In this document: piece after piece, positions 49,775-58,516 of the stretch
How the letters are laid out: every line of letters starts with the position of its first letter
Numbering within the stretch: the first letter of the stretch is position 1
Origin: Candidatus Omnitrophota bacterium
Lineage (GTDB): Bacteria > Omnitrophota > Gorgyraeia > B26-G9
Direction of reading: 5' to 3'
DNA length: 64,000 bases
Assembly: GCA_043805415.1 (NCBI GenBank)
Contig: JAZDHZ010000021.1
Coordinates: forward strand, 8,127 to 72,126
Program-made: the position numbers and the translations under genes
The notes under the pieces: model-generated
Told to the model about the DNA's origin: nothing
Databases searched by the model: none
What the model saw: only the letters and a program-made list of their open reading frames with translations

Positions 49775-52741
49775 ATGTTTATGTCGCAAATTCAAAAAAA
49801 CATTAATCGTAACTTTTCCTATCTACTGATATTTCTGCTTATTCAGGGCATGATTATTAGTCCTGCTTTGGCATTAAATAATCCTGTTTTGCCCGAACAT
49901 TTAAGCCCGCGGATAAATATTAACTATACCGCATTTTCGGATTTGATCAAAACCTCCTATTCTGATGCTTCCAAAGCTCTTGCTGAGCTTCCGGAAACAA
50001 ATGAACTGAATTTACTAGATATCAGCTATCAAAAAAAACAGAGAGCTATTTTGCAAGATGAAATTATTGATCGCTTTAAGCAGAATTATCCGGATAGTCT
50101 AGAGCAGTTAGAGATGATTAAAGTTTTTTTTGGAATAGCACTAGAGCATTATGAAGAGCAACAGTTTGAATCAGGAGAGTTCTACTATAACCATTGTCTA
50201 GAAGTAGCTGCAATTGCCGCGAAAAATAAAGCGGGATTTATCGAAATCCTGGCAGCTATTTTTCATCGCATGCCAACCAATAAGATTAATCCAGTGATTG
50301 CGTCTTTGGCTAAAACCGCAGGAATTGGAAAAAATAAGAGTGAATCATTCCGCAAATATGAATTAGTTGAAATTAATGGACTAATTAAGAAATTTTCCAA
50401 AATAGCTGATCTTAAATACTATGCGCATTCGCAGGGAGCAAATTCTATTGAAAATTTTATGGGTGCTGTACTTAATATGATGGAGGGGGATCCTAGGATC
50501 AGGCGTCTTGTTTTTGCGGACAAAGAGGCCTCAATTGCTCATGCGTCTGAGACTGAAAAAGCGGATATTGTTAAAGAAATCCAAAGTATTTATGGGCCTT
50601 TTGCCGGACGTTTTGGCTTGTTTGAAATTAAAAAAGAATTAGAAAATTCTATTTTTAAAATTCATAATCCAAAAGGTTATGAGCTGGTAATGAAAAAAGT
50701 ACGCAATACTTATGGTGTGGATTATAAAGATCTTAATGATTCCTTGGATAAAACTAAAGCGCTTATTCAGAAAATTGCTGATGATAATCAAATTGATGCG
50801 ATTATATTGTCGCGGGTAAAGGCTCCTTACCGAATTTATGTGAAAGAAAAAATCGCGGGAAAAGGTAAAGGGCAAAAAGATACTTTATACGGAGTTGATA
50901 CGATTGGGATTAAGGTTATTTGTAAGACTGAGGATTGTTTTTATCAAATGACCACTCGGATCCGACAGGCTTTAAATGATAAAAAGCTGGGGAATTGGAA
51001 AATAGGGAAAATTAAGGCCATAGCATCAGGTATAACTTATATTAATTTGGTGGAAATTGAAGGATTGGGTAATTTAGAAGTGCAGTTTCTTACCAAAGAG
51101 GCTGATGATTTGCGAGAAATAAATTTTGCCCATTGGTCGTATGAGATAGCTAGACAAACGAATCGCAAACAGAAATTTGACAAAGTAGAGGATTTTGGTT
51201 TTTACCAATTGCGTGAAATGTATCAAAACGCGATAGATGATCCTGAGCGTAAAGATGTGGATATTAATACTGTGACAGAGGAGTATTTTAAAAGTGTTTA
51301 TGACCATAACAAAAAATGGGTTTATATTTTTGAAAAGTCTTCAGAAATTATTGATGGACGAGAAGTTGATGTTGTTAAACCAAAAAGATTGGCAAAAGGC
51401 GCGAATGGCCCTGTGTTTGCCGCTCAAACAGGAGTTGATTTATTTGATAAGAATTATGATGGCTTAGTTTTTTATGAATGGCGCGGTTCAAAACTTGTTC
51501 CAAAAAGAAGACAATATAATGATCTTAATCAGCTTAAAGACGGTGATATTGTAGCTGTAAAAACAACTGCGGATGGTTTGCTTGATAAATTAGAGAAAGA
51601 TAAAGGCTACGAAGCTAATCTGTTTAGCAGCATAAGAGGGTTTTTGCGTTCAACAATACTGCTCGCGCAAGTAGGTTTGTCGGAAAGTGACAAGGTCCGA
51701 TATTATAAAAATGCGCAGTCTTTTCTTAATAAATCTTTTAGTCAAAAAGGAATTGTTTGGGGTAAAAGTGTCCAGAGCAAATTTCCGCAAAACGCGAAAT
51801 ACATGCAAAATTTCCTCAATGAATTTGCGGTCTCAAAAAAACTTAAAAATTCTGATGAGCTTTTAATGGGTTTAGCTTTAAAGCTTATTAATAGTTCAGA
51901 GGTTGTTGATTGGGCTAAAGAACGCGGAGCGGATCTTTTGAATACAATACAGGTTGATGACCCAGGGATTAAGGCGCAGGTTGAAAATATCTATGGTTCA
52001 TTAGATAAACTATTTATTGAAGTCGGGATTGGTGAAATCAGCGTAGAAAAGGTAATTAAAAAACTGAGAGATCAGCAAAACGTTAATGTAAGTATGATGC
52101 CTACAATATCCGGAGATTATTCAGGAAGATTTGAGTACAGTATTGAAGTCAGAGAGCCTGATAAAAAAGCAATTTCAGCAAGAACCCGAGAAATTAAAGC
52201 GCGGATAAAAGAAATATTAAAAACTCAGGGGATCGAGCTTGGTGAGCAGTCTTTTAATGATAAGAAAAGCCGAAAAATTAAAGGTGGCTTTCTGGTTAAC
52301 TTTGAAATTCCAGTAAGATATGAGCAGCTTCCTAATATAAGAACAGCTTTGCTTTCAGGTTTAGAAACAAGTATCAAAGTAAAGACCAAAAGGGAGAAAA
52401 AAGACAAAGAAAAGGCTTTGACGTCTATTGGTCTTATTATTAATGTGAAAAACAAAAAGGCAGTTAGTTCAATAATTAAAAGATCAGTTAATATCGGGAT
52501 CAATGCGCTCAAGAATTATGATTTTGATGAAAAAAATGAGCAGCTGTCTTGTGTCATTGAATATGACCAGATGAGTTATGATTTAACGTCGATTCTTAAG
52601 GTTCTTAATGTTTCGCTTAAAAACGTTACGCTTGCTGATGAAAACCAAGGTTTTATTGAAGCCGCGGAATTGCAAAAAAAGTTAAAAAGAAAACAAGCGC
52701 AACCACTTGAAAACGCTAGTTTAATTGAATCGGCGATATAA
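49775..52741 (+). CDS. Signal-peptide-bearing divergent long RelA/SpoT homolog (dead HD, divergent SYNTH, TGS)
   Basis: SPALA| signal. SGEFYYNHCLEVA, AAIFHR, IYGPFAGRFGL..IKKELE, SRVKAPY.IY.K, DTIGIKVI, LEVQFLT, AHWSYE, LKDGDIV. Confidence 0.8.
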   Translation: MFMSQIQKNINRNFSYLLIFLLIQGMIISPALALNNPVLPEHLSPRININYTAFSDLIKTSYSDASKALAELPETNELNLLDISYQKKQRAILQDEIIDRFKQNYPDSLEQLEMIKVFFGIALEHYEEQQFESGEFYYNHCLEVAAIAAKNKAGFIEILAAIFHRMPTNKINPVIASLAKTAGIGKNKSESFRKYELVEINGLIKKFSKIADLKYYAHSQGANSIENFMGAVLNMMEGDPRIRRLVFADKEASIAHASETEKADIVKEIQSIYGPFAGRFGLFEIKKELENSIFKIHNPKGYELVMKKVRNTYGVDYKDLNDSLDKTKALIQKIADDNQIDAIILSRVKAPYRIYVKEKIAGKGKGQKDTLYGVDTIGIKVICKTEDCFYQMTTRIRQALNDKKLGNWKIGKIKAIASGITYINLVEIEGLGNLEVQFLTKEADDLREINFAHWSYEIARQTNRKQKFDKVEDFGFYQLREMYQNAIDDPERKDVDINTVTEEYFKSVYDHNKKWVYIFEKSSEIIDGREVDVVKPKRLAKGANGPVFAAQTGVDLFDKNYDGLVFYEWRGSKLVPKRRQYNDLNQLKDGDIVAVKTTADGLLDKLEKDKGYEANLFSSIRGFLRSTILLAQVGLSESDKVRYYKNAQSFLNKSFSQKGIVWGKSVQSKFPQNAKYMQNFLNEFAVSKKLKNSDELLMGLALKLINSSEVVDWAKERGADLLNTIQVDDPGIKAQVENIYGSLDKLFIEVGIGEISVEKVIKKLRDQQNVNVSMMPTISGDYSGRFEYSIEVREPDKKAISARTREIKARIKEILKTQGIELGEQSFNDKKSRKIKGGFLVNFEIPVRYEQLPNIRTALLSGLETSIKVKTKREKKDKEKALTSIGLIINVKNKKAVSSIIKRSVNIGINALKNYDFDEKNEQLSCVIEYDQMSYDLTSILKVLNVSLKNVTLADENQGFIEAAELQKKLKRKQAQPLENASLIESAI

Positions 52742-52797
52742 AACATTGTTTTTAACACTATATTTACTTTTTTTATCATTATGCTATAATATTATTC

Positions 52798-53202
52798 ATG
52801 AAAGATTCTAAAATTCCTTGGTCTAAAGAAAAAGCCAGCAAACATCACAAAATAGCCTCAGGACTGATTATCTTAAGCGGGGTTTATGGCTTATACTTGA
52901 GTATTGATGATATTATTATTTTGGGTAATCGCTTAAGTACTTTTGTCCTGCCTTATTTATTTAATTACTTTGGGTTTTTTCTGTCAATGTTTCAGATTTA
53001 TACGGCAATTTGTTTTTTAAATAAACAAAAATGGGCAATAAATGTTATTTTATGGATTTTTCTGATCAGGTTGATTCTAGGGTGTTTTGATATAATCGAG
53101 GCTGTTCCAGCAATCTTTTTATTACCATATGTATTGTTTCTTATTTCTAATAAAAGAGCGGGTAGTATTTTTTCAGATACTAATTCGGAACTTAACCCTT
53201 AA
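52798..53202 (+). CDS. Small integral membrane protein (about 4 TM)
   Basis: Several hydrophobic segments. TGnTATAAT ends 7 nt before the ATG. Confidence 0.65.
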   Translation: MKDSKIPWSKEKASKHHKIASGLIILSGVYGLYLSIDDIIILGNRLSTFVLPYLFNYFGFFLSMFQIYTAICFLNKQKWAINVILWIFLIRLILGCFDIIEAVPAIFLLPYVLFLISNKRAGSIFSDTNSELNP

Positions 53203-53277
53203 ATTTGCAATGTTTTATCTAAAATTTAGGGCTTATAAACATAAAAATACAAACAATTGCAAGCCTGCAGGCTTTGC

Positions 53278-53306
53278 TTGACATTCAAATTGGTTTGGGG
53301 TACAAT
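53278..53306 (+). promoter_or_regulatory. Sigma70-type promoter, probably leaderless, for ygfA
   Basis: TTGACA-N17-TACAAT, ATG 5 nt later, no RBS. Confidence 0.7.
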
Positions 53307-53311
53307 TTAAA

Positions 53312-53866
53312 ATGAGTAAAACAGTAATTAGAGAACGGATTCTGAGAATATTAAAAGAGCAAAGAGAGGAGCTAAAACTTAAAAAAAGCTTAAAAATTAA
53401 AAAACAATTATTTTCACAACATCTGTTTCTGCAAGCAGATAGAGTAATGTTTTATATAGCGAAAGATGATGAAGTTGATACAAAAGATATGATTAAAGAT
53501 GCGCTTAAAATGGGAAAAAAGGTGGTTGTTCCAGTGACATTGGTAAAAGAAAAAAAGATTATTCCTTCTCAGTTAAAAGATTTTGATAAAGAACTGAGCA
53601 AGGGTCCCTATGGGATCTATCAGCCAAAGAAACAGTTCATAAGAAGGGTTGTATTAAAAACCATTGATTTGATTATTGTTCCGGGTGTTGCTTTTGACCG
53701 TCTAGGTAATCGACTTGGACGTGGAGGCGGCTATTTTGATAGATTCTTGGCTAAACTTAAAAAATATGATATACCAATGTTGGGTTTGGCATTTAAATGC
53801 CAAATTGTGAATAAACTTCCTGTTTTATCTCATGACATTCCTGTCACAAAGCTCATTTTTGCCTAA
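53312..53866 (+). CDS. ygfA: 5-formyltetrahydrofolate cyclo-ligase
   Basis: EVDT, YGIYQP, IDLIIVPGVAFDR.GNRLGRGGGYFDR, HDIPV. Confidence 0.95.
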   Translation: MSKTVIRERILRILKEQREELKLKKSLKIKKQLFSQHLFLQADRVMFYIAKDDEVDTKDMIKDALKMGKKVVVPVTLVKEKKIIPSQLKDFDKELSKGPYGIYQPKKQFIRRVVLKTIDLIIVPGVAFDRLGNRLGRGGGYFDRFLAKLKKYDIPMLGLAFKCQIVNKLPVLSHDIPVTKLIFA

Positions 53867-53968
53867 ATCTTAAACTCATCTTCTAGGCGCTAAGTTTTTA
53901 TTTTAATTAAAACTTAATCGTTGTTATAACACTGAGATAGTACATCTTAAGGAGGTGAAGATCAAACT

Positions 53969-55528
53969 ATGAGCACTTTAAATATTATAATCGGAGTATC
54001 AAGTGGGATTGTCTTCTTTTTGACTGGGTATCTTTTTCGCCGCTATGGAGCGGAGAAAAAAGTGCAAAGTGCTGAAGACAAGGCAAAACTTATTTTAGAA
54101 GATGCCGATAGACAAGTTGAAGCGAAAAAGAAAGAAGCAAGTTTAGAAGCAAAAGATCTTCTGTATAAAACCAGAATAGAATTTGAAAAAGAATCAAAAG
54201 GAAGACGCCAGGAATTACTTACTATTGAAAGACGTTTAATCAGTCGGGAAGAAAATCTGGATAGAAAAGTTGATCTTTTGGAGAAAAAAGAGCGGGAATT
54301 AAGTAGTAAATCTAAAACACTTGAGACAAAAGAACAAGAGAATCAAGATAAAGAAGATGAACTTAAAAGACTGATTTTAGAAGAAAAAGAGCGTTTGCAA
54401 AAGGTTTCCGGATTAAGTAGTGAAGAAGCAAAAAAAATCCTACTTAAGCACATGGAAGGCGAAATTCGATACGATGCTAATTTGATGATCAAAAGGATTG
54501 AAGATGAATCCAAAGACATTGCGGCCAAGAAAGCAAAGCAGATTATTAGCTTAGCGATTCAGCGTTGTGCTGCTGAGCATACAGTTGAGTCAACAGTTAG
54601 CGTTGTAAGCTTGCCGAGTGATGATATGAAAGGCAGAATTATCGGTCGGGAAGGGCGTAATATTAGGTCTTTAGAAGTTGCTACGGGCATTGATGTTATT
54701 ATTGACGATACTCCGGAAGCTGTGACATTATCGGGATTTGATCCGATTCGCCGAGAAATAGCGCGTTTATCGCTTGAGCGGCTAATTGCCAATGGCCGGA
54801 TTCATCCAGCGAGAATTGAGGAAGTAGTAGAAAAAGTAAAAAAAGAAATGGATGTTAGTATTAAAGAAGAAGGGGAAAAAGCCTCTTTTGATGTAGGGAT
54901 TCAAAGATTACATCCTGAAATCGTACGGTTACTCGGCCGCTTAAAATACAGAACTAGTTATGGGCAAAATGTATTACAGCATTCAAAAGAAGTTGCTTAC
55001 ATCATGGGCCTGCTTGCTGGACAGCTTGATCTTGATATAACATTGGCTAAGAGAATAGGCTTATTGCATGATATCGGCAAAGCTGTAGACCATGACCAGG
55101 AAGGAACTCATGCTGGGCTGGGAGCAGACTTGGCAAGAAAATTTGGAGAAAATCAGGAAGTAGTAAACGCGATTGCCGCGCATCATGATGATACTGAATC
55201 TAATTCCGTGTACGGGATTTTAGTTCAAGCGGCTGACGCGATTAGTGCTACTCGGCCGGGAGCACGCCGGGAGACACTGGAAATCTATATTAAGCGCTTA
55301 GAAAAACTGGAAGCGATCGCGGATTCTTTTAAAGGTGTTGACCGAGCATTCGCGATTCAAGCTGGAAGAGAAATCAGAGTTATTGTTCACCCGGATAAGG
55401 TGGGAGATGCTGAATCAGCAATAATGGCGCGGGATATAACTAAAAGAATGGAAAATGAATTAGAATATCCTGGACAGGTGAAAGTAACGGTTATTCGGGA
55501 AAAACGGGTTGTGGAATACGCCAAGTAG
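53969..55528 (+). CDS. rny: Ribonuclease Y
   Basis: N-terminal TM, coiled coil, KH (KGRIIGREGRNI), HD (LLHDIGK), YPGQVKVTVIRE. Confidence 0.98.
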   Translation: MSTLNIIIGVSSGIVFFLTGYLFRRYGAEKKVQSAEDKAKLILEDADRQVEAKKKEASLEAKDLLYKTRIEFEKESKGRRQELLTIERRLISREENLDRKVDLLEKKERELSSKSKTLETKEQENQDKEDELKRLILEEKERLQKVSGLSSEEAKKILLKHMEGEIRYDANLMIKRIEDESKDIAAKKAKQIISLAIQRCAAEHTVESTVSVVSLPSDDMKGRIIGREGRNIRSLEVATGIDVIIDDTPEAVTLSGFDPIRREIARLSLERLIANGRIHPARIEEVVEKVKKEMDVSIKEEGEKASFDVGIQRLHPEIVRLLGRLKYRTSYGQNVLQHSKEVAYIMGLLAGQLDLDITLAKRIGLLHDIGKAVDHDQEGTHAGLGADLARKFGENQEVVNAIAAHHDDTESNSVYGILVQAADAISATRPGARRETLEIYIKRLEKLEAIADSFKGVDRAFAIQAGREIRVIVHPDKVGDAESAIMARDITKRMENELEYPGQVKVTVIREKRVVEYAK

Positions 55529-55539
55529 AACAAACAACT

Positions 55540-55650
55540 AATGACAAATGCCAAATTACAAATGACAAATAAAAAGAACAGAGAACAGAATGAGGGTTTT
55601 ATTTTATTTTTTGCAATCTGACTTCTGTTTTCCGCATTCTGTCTTCTGTC
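55540..55650. repeat. Degenerate 7-nt tandem arrays, partly inverted
   Basis: AATGACA AATGCCA AATTACA AATGACA; AGAACAG x2; TCTGACT TCTGTTT TCCGCAT TCTGTCT. Confidence 0.75.
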
Positions 55651-55665
55651 AAACAAAGGGTTAAT

Positions 55666-56466
55666 GTGAAGATTTTGATGATCGGGGATATTGTAGGAGA
55701 TCCTGGCAGGCAGGTTGTACGCCAAAGCATTCCTATTTTAAAACAGCGTGAAGGCATTGATTTTGTTATTGCTAATGGCGAGAATTCTGCCGGCGGCTCG
55801 GGGATAACTACCAGGATCTATACTGAATTGCTTAAAGCCGGAGTGGATGTTTTAACCTCAGGCGATCATATTTTTAAGAAAAAAGAGATCCTTGAGTTTA
55901 TTGATTTTCAAGAGCGCTTATTAAGACCAGCGAATTATCCGCCGGGAGTTGCCGGACGTGGGTTTACGATTATTAAGGCGAATAATGGGCTGAAAATAGG
56001 AGTGATTAATTTAAACGGCAGGGTTTTTATGGAGCCTTTGGATTGCCCTTTTCGCTGTGCTTCTGAGATTGCGCAAGAAATAAAAAAACAAACTAATATT
56101 ATTTTTGTGGATATCCATGCCGAAGCTACCAGTGAAAAAGTAGCTATGGGCTGGTATTTAAACGGAAAAGTAAGTGCTGTTTTAGGAACGCATACCCATA
56201 TTCAGACCGCGGATCAGCGTATCCTGCCGGAGTTCGAGCATACAGCTTATATAACTGATGTGGGAATGACCGGGTCGGTTGATTCAGTCATCGGCAGAAA
56301 AGTAGAGCAGGTTTTACATCGGTTTTTAACCCATACTCCCACCCGTTTTGAAGTAGAAGATAAAAATGTTCAGCTTCAAGGTGTAATTGTGGAAATTGAT
56401 CCTGACACCGGCAAAGCATTATCAATAAAACGTGTTTGTGAAAAACTTATTGAAGATCCAAAGTAA
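55666..56466 (+). CDS. ymdB: YmdB-family metallophosphoesterase
   Basis: IGDIVG.PG, NGENSAGG, RPANYP, DIHAEATSEK, GTHTH, TDVGMTG. Confidence 0.95.
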   Translation: MKILMIGDIVGDPGRQVVRQSIPILKQREGIDFVIANGENSAGGSGITTRIYTELLKAGVDVLTSGDHIFKKKEILEFIDFQERLLRPANYPPGVAGRGFTIIKANNGLKIGVINLNGRVFMEPLDCPFRCASEIAQEIKKQTNIIFVDIHAEATSEKVAMGWYLNGKVSAVLGTHTHIQTADQRILPEFEHTAYITDVGMTGSVDSVIGRKVEQVLHRFLTHTPTRFEVEDKNVQLQGVIVEIDPDTGKALSIKRVCEKLIEDPK

Positions 56467-56490
56467 ATAAGAGAAATCGCAAAAATGTAT

Positions 56491-56542
56491 AATGTAAAAT
56501 TAGCAATTTAAGCTTTAAATAATTGCTAATTTTACATTTTTT
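56491..56542 (+). terminator. Perfect 18-bp inverted repeat, possible terminator after ymdB
   Basis: AATGTAAAATTAGCAATT-N12-AATTGCTAATTTTACATT followed by TTTT. Confidence 0.6.
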
Positions 56543-56550
56543 CACAAAAG

Positions 56551-56661
56551 GTGATTTGTATTGCTGGCGGAGATATCGTGACCGGCGCGGCAACAGTTAT
56601 TCAGGCAATGGGCGCGGGCAAAAAAGCCGCGCAATCTATTGGGCTGTACCTAAATGGGTGA
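56551..56661 (+). pseudogene. Orphan C-terminal fragment of an NfnB/SudA/GltD-family flavoprotein
   Basis: Translates to VICIAGGDIVTGAATVIQAMGAGKKAAQSIGLYLNG-stop; GC-richer than its flanks. Confidence 0.8.
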
Positions 56662-56992
56662 ATTGTTAATCCTTATTTTTGCGATTATTTAGTTGCCAAA
56701 TATTTAATAATACTTTATTGACAATAAGCGCGATTCTTGATAAACAATATATATTGTGCTAAACTAAATACTTACAATTATATCAAAATAATTACCAGAG
56801 TTTTTTGATAAATCCTCAATAATTATTAACAGAATAAATCAAGCGGACAAGAGTGCTGAAAAATATTTTTATTGACCGTTGTTTTTGTCCCAATTTTATT
56901 TATTAAACTACAGCCATCTGCCATATGAAAAACAAGAGACTTTAATTGTTAAGAGCTATATTATAAAAAAGCAAAAACAAAAGAGGTGAGAC

Positions 56993-57622
56993 ATGACTGA
57001 CAAGTTAGAGAAACTGACTAAACAGATTTATGATGAAGGTATCGCAAAAGCTGACCAGCAGGCAGAAAAAATAATTAAGGCGGCAGAAGAGGAAAAGAGA
57101 AAAATCCTGCGCGCGGCGCGAAAAGAATCAGAAGATATTATTTCAGTCGCGCATAAAGAATCAGAAGAATTAAAGCATATGGTCAATTCTGAGCTGCGGA
57201 TGGCAACCCAACAGTCCTTGGCCCTGCTTAGACAAAAAATCACAGAATTAATTTCCGTGAAAGTTACCACCGGCGCAGTGGAAGGGTTTTTTGATGACTC
57301 GGATTTTTTAAAGAAAATCCTGGAGATTGTGATGAAGGAATGGCTTGGCTCTGGCTGTCATCAAGGACAAGAGTTTTATTTAAAATTACCCAAAAAGGTT
57401 CAAGCAGAGATACAAGATCATTTCTTTATCGCTGGCAAGCAAGAACTGAATAAAGGCTTAAAAATAGAGTTTGATGAAAAGATAAAAAGCGGTTTTATAA
57501 TCACGCCCAAAGACGGCAGCTATAGAATTGGGTTTACAGAAGATGATTTTAAAGCACTGATTCAGTATTTTCTCCGGCCGAGGATGACCAGATTTCTTTT
57601 TGGAGAAAAGGCAAATGAGTAA
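56993..57622 (+). CDS. V/A-type ATP synthase subunit E
   Basis: L..QIYDEGI.KA coiled coil, GF.I.PKDGSY.I.F, YFLRP; first gene of the operon. Confidence 0.9.
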   Translation: MTDKLEKLTKQIYDEGIAKADQQAEKIIKAAEEEKRKILRAARKESEDIISVAHKESEELKHMVNSELRMATQQSLALLRQKITELISVKVTTGAVEGFFDDSDFLKKILEIVMKEWLGSGCHQGQEFYLKLPKKVQAEIQDHFFIAGKQELNKGLKIEFDEKIKSGFIITPKDGSYRIGFTEDDFKALIQYFLRPRMTRFLFGEKANE

Positions 57623-58454
57623 TTATTATTATTTAATTTCTTCATTGCCTGAATTGCGTTTAGATGATTATAAAGAGCCGTATCGGGTTAATGAGTTTAT
57701 TGACGAACTTTATGCTAATCTTGAATCTGAGCACGCGGAATATGTTCAGGACATACTATGCATGAATGACAATCCGAATATAGTCGATATTGTTTCCGGC
57801 AGCGGTAATACTTGGCTTGACGCAAGGGGCAATTGGACTTTTGAAGAACTGAAATCTTTTTTTGATAATCCGGAAGCTTTGGATGAAAAAGAACACGCGT
57901 ATATTCTGGGTTTTATAAACTCCTTGGCTGGATTTAAAAAAGAGGAACAAAAAATAAACCGCTATAAAGCTGAGGAATTACTTTTGGGCGGGTTTTACGC
58001 GAAAATGATGCGGCATAAAAATTCTTTTATCCGTGATTATTTCAGTTTTGATTTTAAGCTGAGAAATGTTTTAATGGCGATAAATAAAAGAAAATTCAAT
58101 CTCGATAAAATTCCCTTATTAGAAGTGGGTGAACATGAAGTTGTAAGAAAACTGCAAACATCCACGGCCAATGATTTCGGCTTGTCCCTGAGCCTTGATT
58201 ATATGCAATCCTTATTAGCTGCTTTTGAAAAAGATGATATTGTTTATCGCGAAAAGTTTATTGATCAGCTGCGCTGGGAGAAAATAGATCAAATTAATAC
58301 TTTTTCTTATTTTAAAGTTGATGTTTTACTGGGATATTTAATTAAATTAATGATGGTAGAGCGATGGATTGCTATGGGAGCAAGCCGCGGACATGAAGCC
58401 TTGGCTAAGATATCAAAAGTAGATCCAGGGATTTTAAATAAAAAATTTAATTAA
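57615..58454 (+). CDS. V/A-type ATP synthase subunit C-like (DUF2764)
   Basis: YYYLISSLPEL, F...YF.FD..LRN, EK..D..RW, Y.IKL..VERW. Confidence 0.85.
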   Translation: MSNYYYLISSLPELRLDDYKEPYRVNEFIDELYANLESEHAEYVQDILCMNDNPNIVDIVSGSGNTWLDARGNWTFEELKSFFDNPEALDEKEHAYILGFINSLAGFKKEEQKINRYKAEELLLGGFYAKMMRHKNSFIRDYFSFDFKLRNVLMAINKRKFNLDKIPLLEVGEHEVVRKLQTSTANDFGLSLSLDYMQSLLAAFEKDDIVYREKFIDQLRWEKIDQINTFSYFKVDVLLGYLIKLMMVERWIAMGASRGHEALAKISKVDPGILNKKFN

Positions 58455-58516
58455 TTTTAAAAAAATCGAATAAGGGTTTTAGCTTTAAAAATAAAAGAAA
58501 TAAATTCGGAGGAAAA

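Noticed and set aside
53203-53311. 6S RNA (ssrS), which often precedes ygfA
   Set aside because: Only about 110 AT-rich nt, largely occupied by a promoter; too short and no long rod-like pairing.
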